From: Dehalococcoidia bacterium
Lineage (GTDB): Bacteria; Chloroflexota; Dehalococcoidia; UBA2979
Assembly: GCA_965262725.1 (NCBI GenBank)
Contig: OZ253555.1
Span: 3,008,001-3,072,000 of the forward strand
Length of the DNA: 64,000 nt
Direction: 5' to 3'
Position 1 is the stretch's first letter, and the number at the start of each line of letters is the position of its first letter. Shown one piece after another: positions 31,563 through 42,900 of this stretch. The translations under genes were made by a program, and so were the position numbers. The notes under the pieces were generated by a model that made no database searches, was not told the DNA's origin, and saw only the letters and a list, made by a program, of their open reading frames with translations.

Positions 31563-34490
31563 ATGGGCGAATTGGTGATGGTGTACGGGCCCGCCGGATC
31601 CGGCAAGACCGGGCGGCTTGTCGATCATGCCGCGGGGCGCTACCAGGGCGACCGTTTCGCCTCGACGCTCGTGCTCGTGCCGACGGCGCGGCACGGCGAT
31701 CAGTTCCGCCGCCGCCTGGTCGCGCGGAGCGGCGTCGCGCTCAACCTCGATGTCTCCACGCTGGCCCGGTACGCGCGCCTGCACGCCGCCGGGCGGACGC
31801 TGTCGCGGGACGTGGCGGCGGATCTGCTGCGGCGCGTCTCCATGGACCGCATCGCCTCGGGCGGGGCCGGCCGCTTCGAGCCGATCGCCGAGAAGCCGGG
31901 CCTGCACACGCTCATCGCCGAGGCCGTGGCGGAGCTGGTGGCGGCGGCCGTCGAGCCCACGGACTTCGCGCAGGCCGCCACGGGCGCCGAGAGCGCCGAC
32001 CTGATCGCACTCGCGGACATCTACTCCGCCTTCCGGTGCACGCTGGCCGATCGCGGGTGGCGCGATCCCGGCGAGGCGCCCTCGCTGGCCGCGGAGGCGA
32101 TCGAGGGCAATCCCGGGCTACCGGGCCTCGTACTCGTCGACTCGTTCGAGTTCCTCAACCCGCGCGAACAGTCGCTCGTCGCCGCCCTGGCGGACCGCAC
32201 CCACGTGCTGGTCGCCATCGATCGCGAGGCGAGCGAGCGGGCGCGCTGGACGGCATCGCGCCTCGAAGCGCTTGTCGCCGGCGCCACAGCCGAGGAGCTG
32301 ACGCCGCGCGACGGCTCCCCCGGCACCAGCGCCCATCGCGCGTTCGACGCCGAGGCGCAGTTGCGCGGGATCGCGCGGGCGATCAAGAAGCGGCTGGGCG
32401 AGGAGGACGCGCTGCGGCCCTCGGACATGGCCGTGGCCTTCCGCCAGGCGTCGCAGCACCTTGCGCTCGCCCGCCGCGTCTTCGCGGAGTACGAGCTGCC
32501 GTTCGACCCCGCCGCCGGCGAGCGGCTCGCCTCGCGCCCGTTCGGGACCTGGGTGCTGGCGCTGCTGCGGCTGCCCGCGCACGACTGGCGACTGACGCGA
32601 TTGGCCGAGCTGCTGCGCTCCGCCTTCCTCGATCGCCGCCGCTGGCGCGTCGAGGCGGACACCGTCGACCACCTTCTGCGCATCGGGCGAAGGAATCACC
32701 TGATGTCGGGCCTCGAGCGGTTGCGGGCACTCCCGCGGGCGCTCGAAGGCGAGGCCACGCAGGCCGAGGGCAACGGCCGCGAGCCGTACGCGACGCGCCT
32801 GCGAGCCGCCGGCGACGGTCTCGCGCGAGCCGTCGCGGACCTCCGCGACCTGCTCGGCGGCGGGGACCGCTCGGCGGGGGACTGGGCGACGGCGCTCGAG
32901 GCCGCCCTGCTGGTCCCGGGCGGCCTCGTCCGCGCCGCCGTCGAGGGCTACGAGAGCCTCGATGTCGAGACGGCGGCGCTGCGCGCCGACCTCGACACGA
33001 TGCGCGCGATCGACGAGCGGCTCGGGGGGAAGCCGCTCACGCTTGAGGCATTTGCCGCGGAGTTGGAGCGGCGCATGCAGCGGCCCGCGGTGCTGCTGCG
33101 CGAGGCCGGCGGCGTGCTGTTCGCGCCGATGCACACGTTGCACGGACTGCGCTTCGCGCACGTCTTCATCGGCGGCCTCGTGGAAGGCGAGTTCCCCGCT
33201 CCGCGCCGGGCCGCCCGCCTGCTCGGTCGCGAGGGGCGCGAGCGCCTGGGCGAGGCGGGCCTCGCGCTGCCGCCGGAGCCGCGTTCGACGGAGGATGAAC
33301 TGTGGGGCTCCGCCTCGACGCGCGCCGACGCGCGGACCTCGTTCTGGCGGCCGCGCTTCGATGATTCCGGGCGCCCCCTGCCCGCCTCGTGGTACTTCGA
33401 CGAGCGGGAGGCAACCGACGAGCCGGGGAGCGTTGAGCCGCACGACGCCGCCTCACGCCGGGAGCTGGCGGTCACGCTCAGCTCGCGCTGGGGGGAGGGC
33501 GAGCGCCGCCGACCGGCCGCGTTCGCGGCCTGGCCGCTGGTGGTGCGGACGGCGGCGCCGATCGAGCAGCGGCGGCGCTCCTTCGAGGGCGCCGGCCGCC
33601 ACGAGGGTGCCCTGCCGCGCGGCGCGCCGGAACGGCTGATCGGGCCGGAGGTGCGCTGGAGCGCGACCCGCGTCGAGACGTACCGGACCTGCGCATTCCA
33701 GTTCTTCGGCCGCTACGGGCTGGAGCTCTCCGAGGTCGAGGACGAGCTCTCGGAGGCCGATGCGGCGATTCGCGGGACCGTCATCCACAAGATCATGGAG
33801 GCGGCCCTGAGTCCGCTGGCCAGGGACGGCCGCCCGCTCGTCCCCGCGACGGAGGACGAGGCGGTACGGCGCATGCGCGAGCTCGGCCGGGAGATCTGGC
33901 TGCGCGCACCGGACGAGCACCACTTCGGGCGCGCCGCGCTCTGGCGCCTTGGCTGGGAGGACACCGCCGCCGGCGCCGAGCGGCTGATCCGCCGCGAGGC
34001 GAGACACAACGAGGCACTCGGCACGACGAGGATCGCCGGTATCGAGGAGTCGATCCGGATCGCATTGCCCGGCATCGACCCGGAACTGCGACTGCACGGC
34101 AACATCGACCGAGTCGACGTCGGACCGGGCTTCGCGCAGATCGTCGACTACAAGAGCGGGCGGGCGATCAGCCGCAGTTCCGTCGAGAGCGGCGAACGCC
34201 TGCAGCTGCAGCTCTACGCGCTCGCCGCGCGTGAGCAGCTCCAGGCGGAGCGGCTGATCGCCCGCTACGCCTACCTCAACCACCGGGCCGACGAGTGGGC
34301 GCTGGACAGTGCGAACCCGGACGATGCTGCGCTGATCGAGGAGGCGGCGCAACACGCGGAGGGGGTGCGTACCTCGGTGGCCGAAGGTGACTTCCGGGTG
34401 GACCCGCAGGTGCCGACCTGCCCCAGCTACTGCGCCTTCCGCCATATCTGTCGCGTCAACCAGTTCACGAGGCGTAAGCAGTGGACCTGA
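31563..34490 (+). CDS. addB: AddB/RexB-like inactive-helicase + PD-(D/E)XK nuclease with a 4Fe-4S staple
   Basis: GPAGSGKT, LVPT, GLRFAHVFIGGLVEGEFP, YRTCAFQF, RGTVIH, GNIDRVD, IVDYKSG, QLQLY, CPSYCAFRHIC. Confidence 0.85.
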   Translation: MGELVMVYGPAGSGKTGRLVDHAAGRYQGDRFASTLVLVPTARHGDQFRRRLVARSGVALNLDVSTLARYARLHAAGRTLSRDVAADLLRRVSMDRIASGGAGRFEPIAEKPGLHTLIAEAVAELVAAAVEPTDFAQAATGAESADLIALADIYSAFRCTLADRGWRDPGEAPSLAAEAIEGNPGLPGLVLVDSFEFLNPREQSLVAALADRTHVLVAIDREASERARWTASRLEALVAGATAEELTPRDGSPGTSAHRAFDAEAQLRGIARAIKKRLGEEDALRPSDMAVAFRQASQHLALARRVFAEYELPFDPAAGERLASRPFGTWVLALLRLPAHDWRLTRLAELLRSAFLDRRRWRVEADTVDHLLRIGRRNHLMSGLERLRALPRALEGEATQAEGNGREPYATRLRAAGDGLARAVADLRDLLGGGDRSAGDWATALEAALLVPGGLVRAAVEGYESLDVETAALRADLDTMRAIDERLGGKPLTLEAFAAELERRMQRPAVLLREAGGVLFAPMHTLHGLRFAHVFIGGLVEGEFPAPRRAARLLGREGRERLGEAGLALPPEPRSTEDELWGSASTRADARTSFWRPRFDDSGRPLPASWYFDEREATDEPGSVEPHDAASRRELAVTLSSRWGEGERRRPAAFAAWPLVVRTAAPIEQRRRSFEGAGRHEGALPRGAPERLIGPEVRWSATRVETYRTCAFQFFGRYGLELSEVEDELSEADAAIRGTVIHKIMEAALSPLARDGRPLVPATEDEAVRRMRELGREIWLRAPDEHHFGRAALWRLGWEDTAAGAERLIRREARHNEALGTTRIAGIEESIRIALPGIDPELRLHGNIDRVDVGPGFAQIVDYKSGRAISRSSVESGERLQLQLYALAAREQLQAERLIARYAYLNHRADEWALDSANPDDAALIEEAAQHAEGVRTSVAEGDFRVDPQVPTCPSYCAFRHICRVNQFTRRKQWT

Positions 34491-37400
34491 CCGGCGAGCA
34501 ACGAACGATCATCGAGGCGGACGCCTCGGACCTCACGGTCGCGGCCGGCGCGGGCAGCGGCAAGACCCGCGTGCTGGTCGAGCGCTACCTGCGGCTGCTG
34601 CGCGACTGCTCGATCCCGGAGATCGCGGCGATCACCTTCACCGAGGCGGCCGCCGCCGAGATGCGCGAGCGGGTGCGCAGCGCGGTGATGTTGGACCCCG
34701 CGCTGGAGCAGCATCGCGCCTTGCTCGACGAGGCGGCGATCGGGACGGTGCACTCGCTGGGCCTGCGCCTGCTGCGCGAGCACCCCGTCGAGGCGGTACT
34801 CGACCCCTCGGCTGCCGTGCTCGCCGACGACGAGGCGGAACTGCTGCGGCGCACGGCCTGCATCGAGGCGATCGATGCTGCCGCGGAGGCCGACGACGAG
34901 CGCACCACCGCGCTGCGCGGGATCGGCGTCTACCACGCCGGTGTCCGGCTCCCGCGGATGGTCGCCGAGCGGGACGCCGTCGAGTCCGCCTTCGCGGCGA
35001 TGGGCGCGGACAGCGCCGGCTGGCCCGGCCGCGTCCGCGCCACCCTCGACGGGCGCTACGGGCCCCGACAGAGATCGATCCAGGAGCAGACGCCGACGAT
35101 CGCCGCGCGGATCAGGCGCGACGCCGACGCCGTGAGCGACAGGCTTGCCGAGGTCGTGCGCGACGTCCTGGCGCCGCTCACCGAGGCCTGCGAGGCGGAC
35201 TCCTGGCAAGACTTCGCCGCCCTCCTCGGCGACGCGGCGGCGCGCATCAGACTCAACGTGGGGCGCAGGAGTCCGCCCGACTCCGACGTCAAGGACGCGC
35301 TGCGCGAGCTGCGCGAGCTTGCCGGCGAGGCCGGGAGGCTGCCCGCCTGGAACGAGCACGACGAGCCGGCTCTCGAAGCGCTCGCCGGGCTGCGCGCGCT
35401 CTTCGAGAACGCGGTGCGGCGCTACACGGCGGCGAAGGAGGCGCAGGGCGCGCTCGACTACCTCGATCTCGAGCTGGGCGCCGTCGGCCTGCTCCGCGAT
35501 CACCCGGCCGTGGCCGCCGCCGTGCGCGAGCGCTTCCGCCACCTGATGGTCGACGAGTCACAGGACATCAACCCCGTGCAGGCGGAGCTGATCGAGCTGA
35601 TTGCCGGCGGCGACGGCGACGGGCCGCGACCCGCGCTCTTCCTCGTCGGCGACGCGCGGCAGTCGATCTACCGCTTCCGCGGGGCGGACGTGCATCGCTT
35701 CACCGCGTTGCAGGGCCTCGTCGCCCGGCGAGGCGGACCGCTGTTGCCGCTCAGCCGCTCGTTCCGCAGCCACAACGCACTGGTGGCGCGCATCAACGAG
35801 CTCTTCGGCGAGGTCTTCGCCGGTACCGCGCTCTCCCTCGCGGCGCTACCACCGATGACGGGCCGCCCCGGCGAGGCGCCGGGCGACGGCCCCTACCTCA
35901 CGCTGACGCAGGTCGGGAGCAAGGCGCCGGACGGCGGGCGGCCGCGCGAGCCCGAGCGGCGACGGGTCGAGGCGGACGTGGTCGCGGAGGAGATCGAGAG
36001 GCTGCTCGCCGACGGGCGGCTGGTCTGGGACCGGGACGAGCGCGTGATGCGCCCCGCGCGGCGCGGCGACATCGCGATCCTGCTGAGGCGCTTCAGGCAC
36101 GTCCATGTCTTCCAGCAAGCCCTCGACACGCATGGCATCGCGGCCGCGACACCGAGCGGCACGGGTTTCTTCACGCGGCAGGAGGTGTTCGACTGCATCA
36201 ACCTGCTGCGCTGGCTGGCGGAGCCGCAGGACGATCTCGCGCTCAGCGGCGTGCTGCGCTCGCCCTTCTTTGCCCTCGGTGACGACACGCTGCTGGCGCT
36301 GCACGAGCGGGGCTGGCCGGTGGCGGCGCTGGCCGATCCGCCCGACGAGATCGCCGGCGAGGAGCGCGCACGCTGCGCGCATGCCCGGGAGACGCTCGCC
36401 GCACTGCGACGGACCGCTGCCTCCCTGCCGGCCGACGCGCTGCTCGAGCTGGCTCTCGACCGCACCGCCTTCGAGGCGTCGTGGGCGCCGCTCGCGGGCG
36501 GCGAGCAAGCCCGCGCGAACATCCGCAAGCTGCTGCGCATCGTGCGCACGCTGGCCGGGCACCCGCTCTCCGAGGTGGTCTCCTACCTCGAGCAGCGTCG
36601 CGACGACCTCGACCCGCGCGAGGGGCCGGCCACGCTCGACCGCCCCGATGCGGTGCAGCTGATGACGGTGCACGGCGCGAAGGGCCTCGAGTTCCCGATC
36701 GTCTTCGTGCCGGAGGCGCACCTCTCATCCTGGTCGACCTGGGACGCAGTCCGCTGGTCTCGCGAGGACGGCGTCTCCGTCACGCTGGAGCGCGACGAGG
36801 ACGACGACAAGCGGCCGCGGCCCGGCTTCTATGCGCACCTACAGCAACAGGACCAACTGGAGGACGCGGAGGAGCAGCGGCGTCTCTTCTATGTCGCGGC
36901 GACGCGTGCCGGGGACTACCTCCATATCTCGGGCGACGAAACGGGAGGCGGGGGCTGGCTGCACTCGGTGCGCGACGCGCACGCCAGTGGCGCCCTGCGC
37001 GAGATCGGGCTGCGCGAGCCGGTCCCACCCGACCTCGAGGCGATCGCCAGGCGGCGGGCGCCCTCCGCCCTGGAGCGCCCCGACACATCCGAGGAGGAGG
37101 ACTACATCTCGCCGCTGCTCGCGCGGCCACCCGCGATCCCGCTGCGCGCGAGCACGCCCGTCACGGCGCTCCGCCCTCCGGAGACCGCCCCGCGGCAGCA
37201 CGAGCACGGTGACGGCCTGGCGGCGCTGCGTGGCCTGCTCGTGCACCGCGCCCTCGAGGTCTCCGGGGGCGCACCCGGCTCCCTCGACGACGATGCGCTG
37301 GCCGATCTCGCCCGGGAGCAGAGCGAGCGCGCCCTCGACGACGCGACGGCGCGGGCGTTGGCCGGCGAGGCCCGGGAGATGCTCGACCGCTTCACGCGGT

Positions 37401-37801
37401 CGCCGGTCGCGGCCGCGCTGGCCGCACCGGACGTCGAGCGCTGGTTCGAGCTGCCCTTCGCCTGGGACTGGGACGGTGTGCCGGTCCACGGCAGCATCGA
37501 CCTCGTCTACCACGACGCGAGCGGTTGGCACGTGATCGACTTCAAGAGCGATCGACTGGACGGCACCTCGGCTAAGGAGGCGGCACGCCACTACGCCGTG
37601 CAGATCGGGCTCTACCAGCGCGCCATCGAGGCCGCCGTCGGCGCTCCGGCGAGCGCGGGCCTGCTCTTTCTGCGCAGCGGCGCACTGGCGAGGCCGGGGC
37701 ACACCGAGGTCGAGGCGGCCCTCGCCGAGGCGCGCGAGCGGGTGGACGCCGGAGTGCTGCTCGAGCCTGCCGACGCAGGGTTCCTCGAGGAGCCGGAGTA
37801 G
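34481..37801 (+). CDS. addA: AddA/RexA-like UvrD helicase + PD-(D/E)XK nuclease
   Basis: AGAGSGKT, ITFTEAAA, VDESQD, VGDARQSIYRFRGA, MTVHGAKGLEF, YVAATRA, GSIDL, IDFKS, QIGLY. Confidence 0.9.
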   Translation: MDLTGEQRTIIEADASDLTVAAGAGSGKTRVLVERYLRLLRDCSIPEIAAITFTEAAAAEMRERVRSAVMLDPALEQHRALLDEAAIGTVHSLGLRLLREHPVEAVLDPSAAVLADDEAELLRRTACIEAIDAAAEADDERTTALRGIGVYHAGVRLPRMVAERDAVESAFAAMGADSAGWPGRVRATLDGRYGPRQRSIQEQTPTIAARIRRDADAVSDRLAEVVRDVLAPLTEACEADSWQDFAALLGDAAARIRLNVGRRSPPDSDVKDALRELRELAGEAGRLPAWNEHDEPALEALAGLRALFENAVRRYTAAKEAQGALDYLDLELGAVGLLRDHPAVAAAVRERFRHLMVDESQDINPVQAELIELIAGGDGDGPRPALFLVGDARQSIYRFRGADVHRFTALQGLVARRGGPLLPLSRSFRSHNALVARINELFGEVFAGTALSLAALPPMTGRPGEAPGDGPYLTLTQVGSKAPDGGRPREPERRRVEADVVAEEIERLLADGRLVWDRDERVMRPARRGDIAILLRRFRHVHVFQQALDTHGIAAATPSGTGFFTRQEVFDCINLLRWLAEPQDDLALSGVLRSPFFALGDDTLLALHERGWPVAALADPPDEIAGEERARCAHARETLAALRRTAASLPADALLELALDRTAFEASWAPLAGGEQARANIRKLLRIVRTLAGHPLSEVVSYLEQRRDDLDPREGPATLDRPDAVQLMTVHGAKGLEFPIVFVPEAHLSSWSTWDAVRWSREDGVSVTLERDEDDDKRPRPGFYAHLQQQDQLEDAEEQRRLFYVAATRAGDYLHISGDETGGGGWLHSVRDAHASGALREIGLREPVPPDLEAIARRRAPSALERPDTSEEEDYISPLLARPPAIPLRASTPVTALRPPETAPRQHEHGDGLAALRGLLVHRALEVSGGAPGSLDDDALADLAREQSERALDDATARALAGEAREMLDRFTRSPVAAALAAPDVERWFELPFAWDWDGVPVHGSIDLVYHDASGWHVIDFKSDRLDGTSAKEAARHYAVQIGLYQRAIEAAVGAPASAGLLFLRSGALARPGHTEVEAALAEARERVDAGVLLEPADAGFLEEPE

Positions 37802-37929
37802 CCGCGGCCGCGTCAGTCCGCAGCCGAGGGCGGCCAGGACGATCAGACCCGCATGGTGAACGAAGACGACGCCACGGACGCAATCGTGATGGTGAGCGAG
37901 ACCTGCGCGACGGTGAAGCGGCTGGTGGT

Positions 37930-38472
37930 GTGATTCGGACCGTCCTGCTCATCGCGGTCGCGTCTCTCGCCGTACTGGCCCTGGCCGGGTGCGCGCGTTT
38001 GTTGCCCGACGTCGAGGACTGGATCGCCGACTCCGAGACGCTCGCACGGCGCTTCGACGCGCGCCTGGACGATCTGAGCGAGTGCGTCGAGGAGGACGAC
38101 TGCGAGGAGGCGCTTGGGACGGAGACGGGCGCCTTCGCCATGTGCTCGTGGGTCACGTCGCGCGGAACGCCTGCTCCGGAGGGGTTCGAGGCGGCGGAAT
38201 GGCAGCGGTTTGACGCCCTCTGCGAGGGTCTGGAGGGGCTGCTGGAGCTGCCGGAGGCGGACGCTCTCCGGCGCATCGAGGACCTCCAGGCTGAGACGGA
38301 CCGCATCAGCGAGGGAATCCGCGCCGACATCGAACCCCGGGAGCAGGAAGAGGCGAAACGAGACGAACGCTCGCCGAGGCCGTCGCACGGAGTGGCGTGG
38401 GTGGAGTGCCGAACAAGAGGGGCAACGAGCAGCGCTCTCCGCGGCAGGCGTCGAATCGAGCAGGCAGGGTAA
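37930..38472 (+). CDS. Hypothetical lipoprotein, acidic and Cys-containing
   Basis: Signal peptide with LAGC lipobox; C-terminal tail looks degenerate. Confidence 0.55.
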   Translation: MIRTVLLIAVASLAVLALAGCARLLPDVEDWIADSETLARRFDARLDDLSECVEEDDCEEALGTETGAFAMCSWVTSRGTPAPEGFEAAEWQRFDALCEGLEGLLELPEADALRRIEDLQAETDRISEGIRADIEPREQEEAKRDERSPRPSHGVAWVECRTRGATSSALRGRRRIEQAG

Positions 38473-39181
38473 CCCGGGGACGAGCGACGGCAGAGGAGGC
38501 ACGCGAGCGGCAGGGCAGCAAGACGGCGAGCGGTGAGGTGCGGCCGCGAGAGGGGGGACCACCCATGAAGTCGGAATGACGCGGACCGGCTCACGCGAGT
38601 TCGCATAGGTGCGACCACGAGCGACAGCTGAGACCCGAGCCTCGCTCAGATGCGAGCTGCGGCAGCGCCCTGCGCGTGCCACGGGTTCGGTGTCGGCGAC
38701 GAAGCGGCCCCGTACGGCTCCCGTGCCACGGGGCTTCCTCCATATCCGGCAGGGGACGGCGATCGGACCAGGACCGTCCTGGTCGACTGAGCCGCAACGG
38801 AACAACAGGAAGGGAGAGTCGGATGGCAGGCAGGAAGAAGAGCCGGAGCCCGGGGCCGCGGGGCCGGTGGTCCGCATGCGGAGCTGGTGCGGCCGGCGGT
38901 TCACGGCGATGCGGAGCGCGTTTGCCTCACGGCAACGGCCGTGCCGGCCGATGGTCGAGGCAGACGCGGAAGGGAGACACGGGCGCCTCCTGCGCCGGGC
39001 GATCACGCGCGTGACGCGAGGTGACCTCCGCGGACTCGACGTCAGGCCCCCGGAGCACCTGCTCGCCGTCGTGCAGCGCACGGTCGCGCTCGAGGAGCGT
39101 CCGCTGGAGTCGCTGCTGCAGGTGTCCGAGATTGGCGATCGCACGCGAGAGGGAAAGCCTAACCCGCGAAACGGCGGGCAG

Positions 39182-39757
39182 CTAGGGCGCGTCGACCATC
39201 TCCAGCAGTGTGAGGACCGTGCGCCAGTTCCGCATGGTACTCGCGGTTTGCAACTGCGCGGCAACGTATTCGTTCGTCAGCTTGCTGCGAGCGACGCCGT
39301 TAGGGTAGTGCAAGTGGACGTTGCGCCCTCGCACCGCAAATGCGTCTGGCGGCGAACGCTGCGGGTCGAGACGGGATACCGCTTCGGCGCCGGGCGTGTT
39401 CTCGAGAAATGCCACCTGGAGAAATCGCGGATCACCGGCGGTGTCGAAGGGGTTTGAGGCCACGATCTGCCGCAGTTCCTCGCGCGAACGCACGACGACC
39501 ACCGTCTCGTAGCCAAACCGCCGGCGAATGGACTCAGACACAATCTCCGGCACCCGTCTGGCCAAGTCCTGTCCTGCGTCGAATACGACGTTCCCGCTCT
39601 GAATGTAGGTTCGCACTGCCGAGCAGCCGGCTGCAGTGAAGATGTCCCTCAGATCCGCCATCGGGAGCCTATTCCTGCCGCCGACGTTCACTCCTCGAAG
39701 TAGGGCAACGTACCGCTGCCCGCCAGTCGCCACAGGCGATTCACCCTGTCGGACCAT
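39182..39757 (-). CDS. DUF1697 family protein
   Basis: YVALLRGVNVGG, TYIQSGNVVF, NPF, SKLT, TMRNWRTV. Confidence 0.88.
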   Translation of the reverse strand: MVRQGESPVATGGQRYVALLRGVNVGGRNRLPMADLRDIFTAAGCSAVRTYIQSGNVVFDAGQDLARRVPEIVSESIRRRFGYETVVVVRSREELRQIVASNPFDTAGDPRFLQVAFLENTPGAEAVSRLDPQRSPPDAFAVRGRNVHLHYPNGVARSKLTNEYVAAQLQTASTMRNWRTVLTLLEMVDAP

Positions 39758-39819
39758 GCGCCGTCCTCTCGCTCCCCGCAGCAAACTCGGTCATTGGACA
39801 AGACGCAGCCGCTGCTTCT

Positions 39820-39842
39820 GGGTACACCTTGGGTACATTCAG
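39820..39842 (+). repeat. Tandem GGGTACA-N4-GGGTACATTCAG motif, copy 2
   Basis: Direct repeat of 29242..29264 (21/23 identical). Confidence 0.6.
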
Positions 39843-39988
39843 CCGAGGAGGGGAGTTGGGGGATCCGTTCGTGGCCACCGTGGCGACGCTGGAGGTCCTC
39901 GAGGACTGTTCGCGCTCCTTCGACGCACGTCGGAATCCCTACCGCCGCCGAAGCGGCGATGGCGGATCCCGATGCGGGTTCTTCGAAG

Positions 39989-42900
39989 CTAGTTGTCTTC
40001 CGGGAGCAGCACGACGCGTACGTAGCGGTCGCCTGGCAGGTAGCGCCGAGCTGCGGCAGCGACCTGCGCCAGCGTCAGCGCGTCGAGTCGTTCATCGAAG
40101 CCGTTGATCTCGGTAAACGACTCACCTCGCTGGGTCGCAGCCCGGATGTGTCTGAGCCAGAACCCATTGTCACGCAACTGTTCCTCCCGCGGGGTGCGAA
40201 GCAGTTCCTTGGCCGTGTCCAGGTATCGCTGTTCACCGCCCTCACGCAGCCAATCCAGTTCGACCGCCACCTCCGCCACCAGCTCCTCCGCGCGGGACGG
40301 GTCACTGCCGAAGATGATGGCGACCTGGTATTCGGGATCCGGCAGTAGCTGGAGGTCGGCACTCACACCGATGCTGTAGGTACCGCCCAGTTCCTCCCGC
40401 ACTCGCTCGCGCAGACGGATCCCGAGCACCTCGCCGACTACGCCAAGCGCCAGCGCTTCCCGGCGGCTCCACTCCGCATCCCCGGCGAACACCAGTATCG
40501 TGGTACTGCGTGGCTCGATGCCGCTGCGGACGACATGGTCCGCGATCCCGTCCGGTGGGTCGATCCCGACGTCCAGCCACTGCTCAGCACGCCCGGTAGT
40601 CGGCAAACTGGCCAGATACGTCTCGGTCAACGAGCGCAGGGTGTCCCAGTCAAAGGCGCCCACAAACACGAAGGTGGCGTCACCCAGGTCGGCGAACCGG
40701 TCCGCGTAGATCGCTTCCGCACGCTCCAAGCTGAGTTCCTCGAGGAGTTCGAGGGTCAGGGGTCGAACCCGGTGGTGATCCTGGCCGAGCACAGTGTTTG
40801 CCGTGTCGTAGAGGACTGCGTCCGGCTGGGCGGCCCGAGTCTCGGCGTTGCTGCGCAGCCTTGCCTCGTAGGTCGAGAAGTAGGTCGGGTCGAACCTCGG
40901 CGCCGTTGCATACAGGGTGATCAGTTGGAACAGGCTCTCCATATCCGCTGGGGAGGCGCTCCCGCTGAAGCCTTCGAACAGCTCCCGAATATACGGGGAC
41001 ACCGAGACCCGCTTGCCCGCGAGCAGCTTGTCCAGGGTGACACTGTCGTGCGGACCGGCGCCGCTGCCGTCAGCCAGCGCGGCGGCGTACACAGCGGATA
41101 CGTGATCCGTGTCGGCGACTAGCGAGTGCCCGCCCGGGCTGAAGGCGGTGAACACCACCTCGTCGCTGCGGAAGTCCGTCTGCTTGGCGATGACGGTGAT
41201 GCCGTTCGACAGTGTCCAGCGGAGAGCGTCGATGGACTCGATGCGTTCTTCCTCGACGATGCTCCCCGGAGTCGGGAGCGTTGCCATGAGCGGGACATCG
41301 TCGAACGTGTCTGTGTACGGCTCCACGACCAGCGTGTCTGCTCCATCGAACTGGGTCCGCAATGCTGCGGCCAACTCTGCATCCGAGCTGGTGTCAGCAC
41401 CCTCGGGCTGCAGTACGAGGAGCACCGTGTTCGCGGGCTCCGTCCAGTACACCGCCACGTCAGCGATGTCCGCCAGTGAGATTTGCGGTAGCAACTCCTG
41501 GTACAGCTCCCACTCGGCCTCGATGCCGAGGACCGGCGTCCCGCTGAGGAAGTGGTTCCGGTACGACCCGGCAAGCCGGCCCGACACCTGCTGGTCGCGC
41601 TGCTTGTACACGCTCTCGATCGAGCTCGACAGGTTGACCTTCTCGCGAGCCAGCTCGGTGGCGGTAAAGCCGTGCAGCCGAACGCGCTGCAACTCCTCGA
41701 GCACCGCCGCGAGTCCGCGTTCGACGCCGTCTTGCTCCACCTGCACCGTGAAGGTCGCGATGTCGATCGGATCCACGAACGACCCGCGCCCGCCTTGGGC
41801 CCCCAGGTAGGGAGGGTCGGCGACCTGGCCCCGCTCGAACAGCCGCGCGTTCAGCATCATGAAGGCAAGCCGTTCCGCCGCGCCGCGCCGGAATGCCGCC
41901 AGATCCTGGCCGGTATCGGGGGCAACCTTGCGGACCAGGGTCAGCTGGGTAACGGGCGCCTCGGGATCGCTGAACACATCGATGCGCGGAGCGTCGTGGG
42001 CGGGAACATCAAAGCGCGGCCGGTCGGCAGGATCCGCAGCGGCGGCCCGCTCCTGCGACGCCTCGCCCTCGGGAGGCGGCGCAAAGTGCTGTCGCACCTT
42101 CGCCTCGATCAGCGCCGCATCGAAGTCGCCCACGGCGACCACCGCCATGAGGTTGGGCCTGTACCAGCGCTCGTAGTACGCCTTCAACTGCTCCACGGGC
42201 GCCGTTTCGATGATCTCCGTGAGACCGATTGGACCCCGGTCGGCGTAGCGCGAGGAGCCGAAGAGCAACGGGAACAGGCTGCCTTGCCAGCGAGAGCGGA
42301 ACCCCTGCCCCCTGCGCCACTCCTCCAGCACGACCTTGCGCTCCAGCTCCACCTCCTCGGGCGAGAAGGTGATGGCGTAGGCCCAGTCGCTGAGAATCTG
42401 GAACGCCGTCTCGATGGTGTCGGGCTCGTCCGTCGGAATCTCGAGCCAGTACATGGTTGAGTCGTAGCCGGTTTGGGCGTTCAGGTCGGCACCCAGGCTG
42501 CTCCCGATGGACTCAAGGTAGTCGACGATCTCCTGCTTCGCGAAGCGTGCCGTCCCATTGAAGGCCATGTGCTCTACGAGGTGGGCGAGTCCGCGCTGTT
42601 GCTCCTCCTCAAGGACGGAGCCGGCCTTCACGACGAGCGACAATTGCGCGCGGCCGCGCGGTTCCTCGTTGTGCCGGATGTAATAGGCGAGACCGTTACC
42701 GAGCGTGCCGCGGACGACCGTCGGATCGAAGGGCAGCGGAGCATCGGTCTCGGATACCGGCGGCACGGGAGTAGCTGTGGGTTCTGGGGTCGGAGTGGAC
42801 GCCTCCACGACAGGCGTAGCGGTGGCTGTGGGTTCTGGGGTCGGAGTGGGCGCCTCCGCGACAGGCGTAGCGGTGGCTGTGGGTTCTGGAGTGGCGGTCG

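Noticed and set aside
37802-39180. Short gene-like fragments (MVNEDDATDAIVMVS...; GDLRGLDVRPPEHLL...)
   Set aside because: They look like decayed remnants, but I cannot assign a family or boundaries.
42775-42890. Regularly spaced repeats as a possible CRISPR array
   Set aside because: They are in-frame 51-bp coding repeats of a Pro/Thr linker with no unique spacers, and there are no cas genes.
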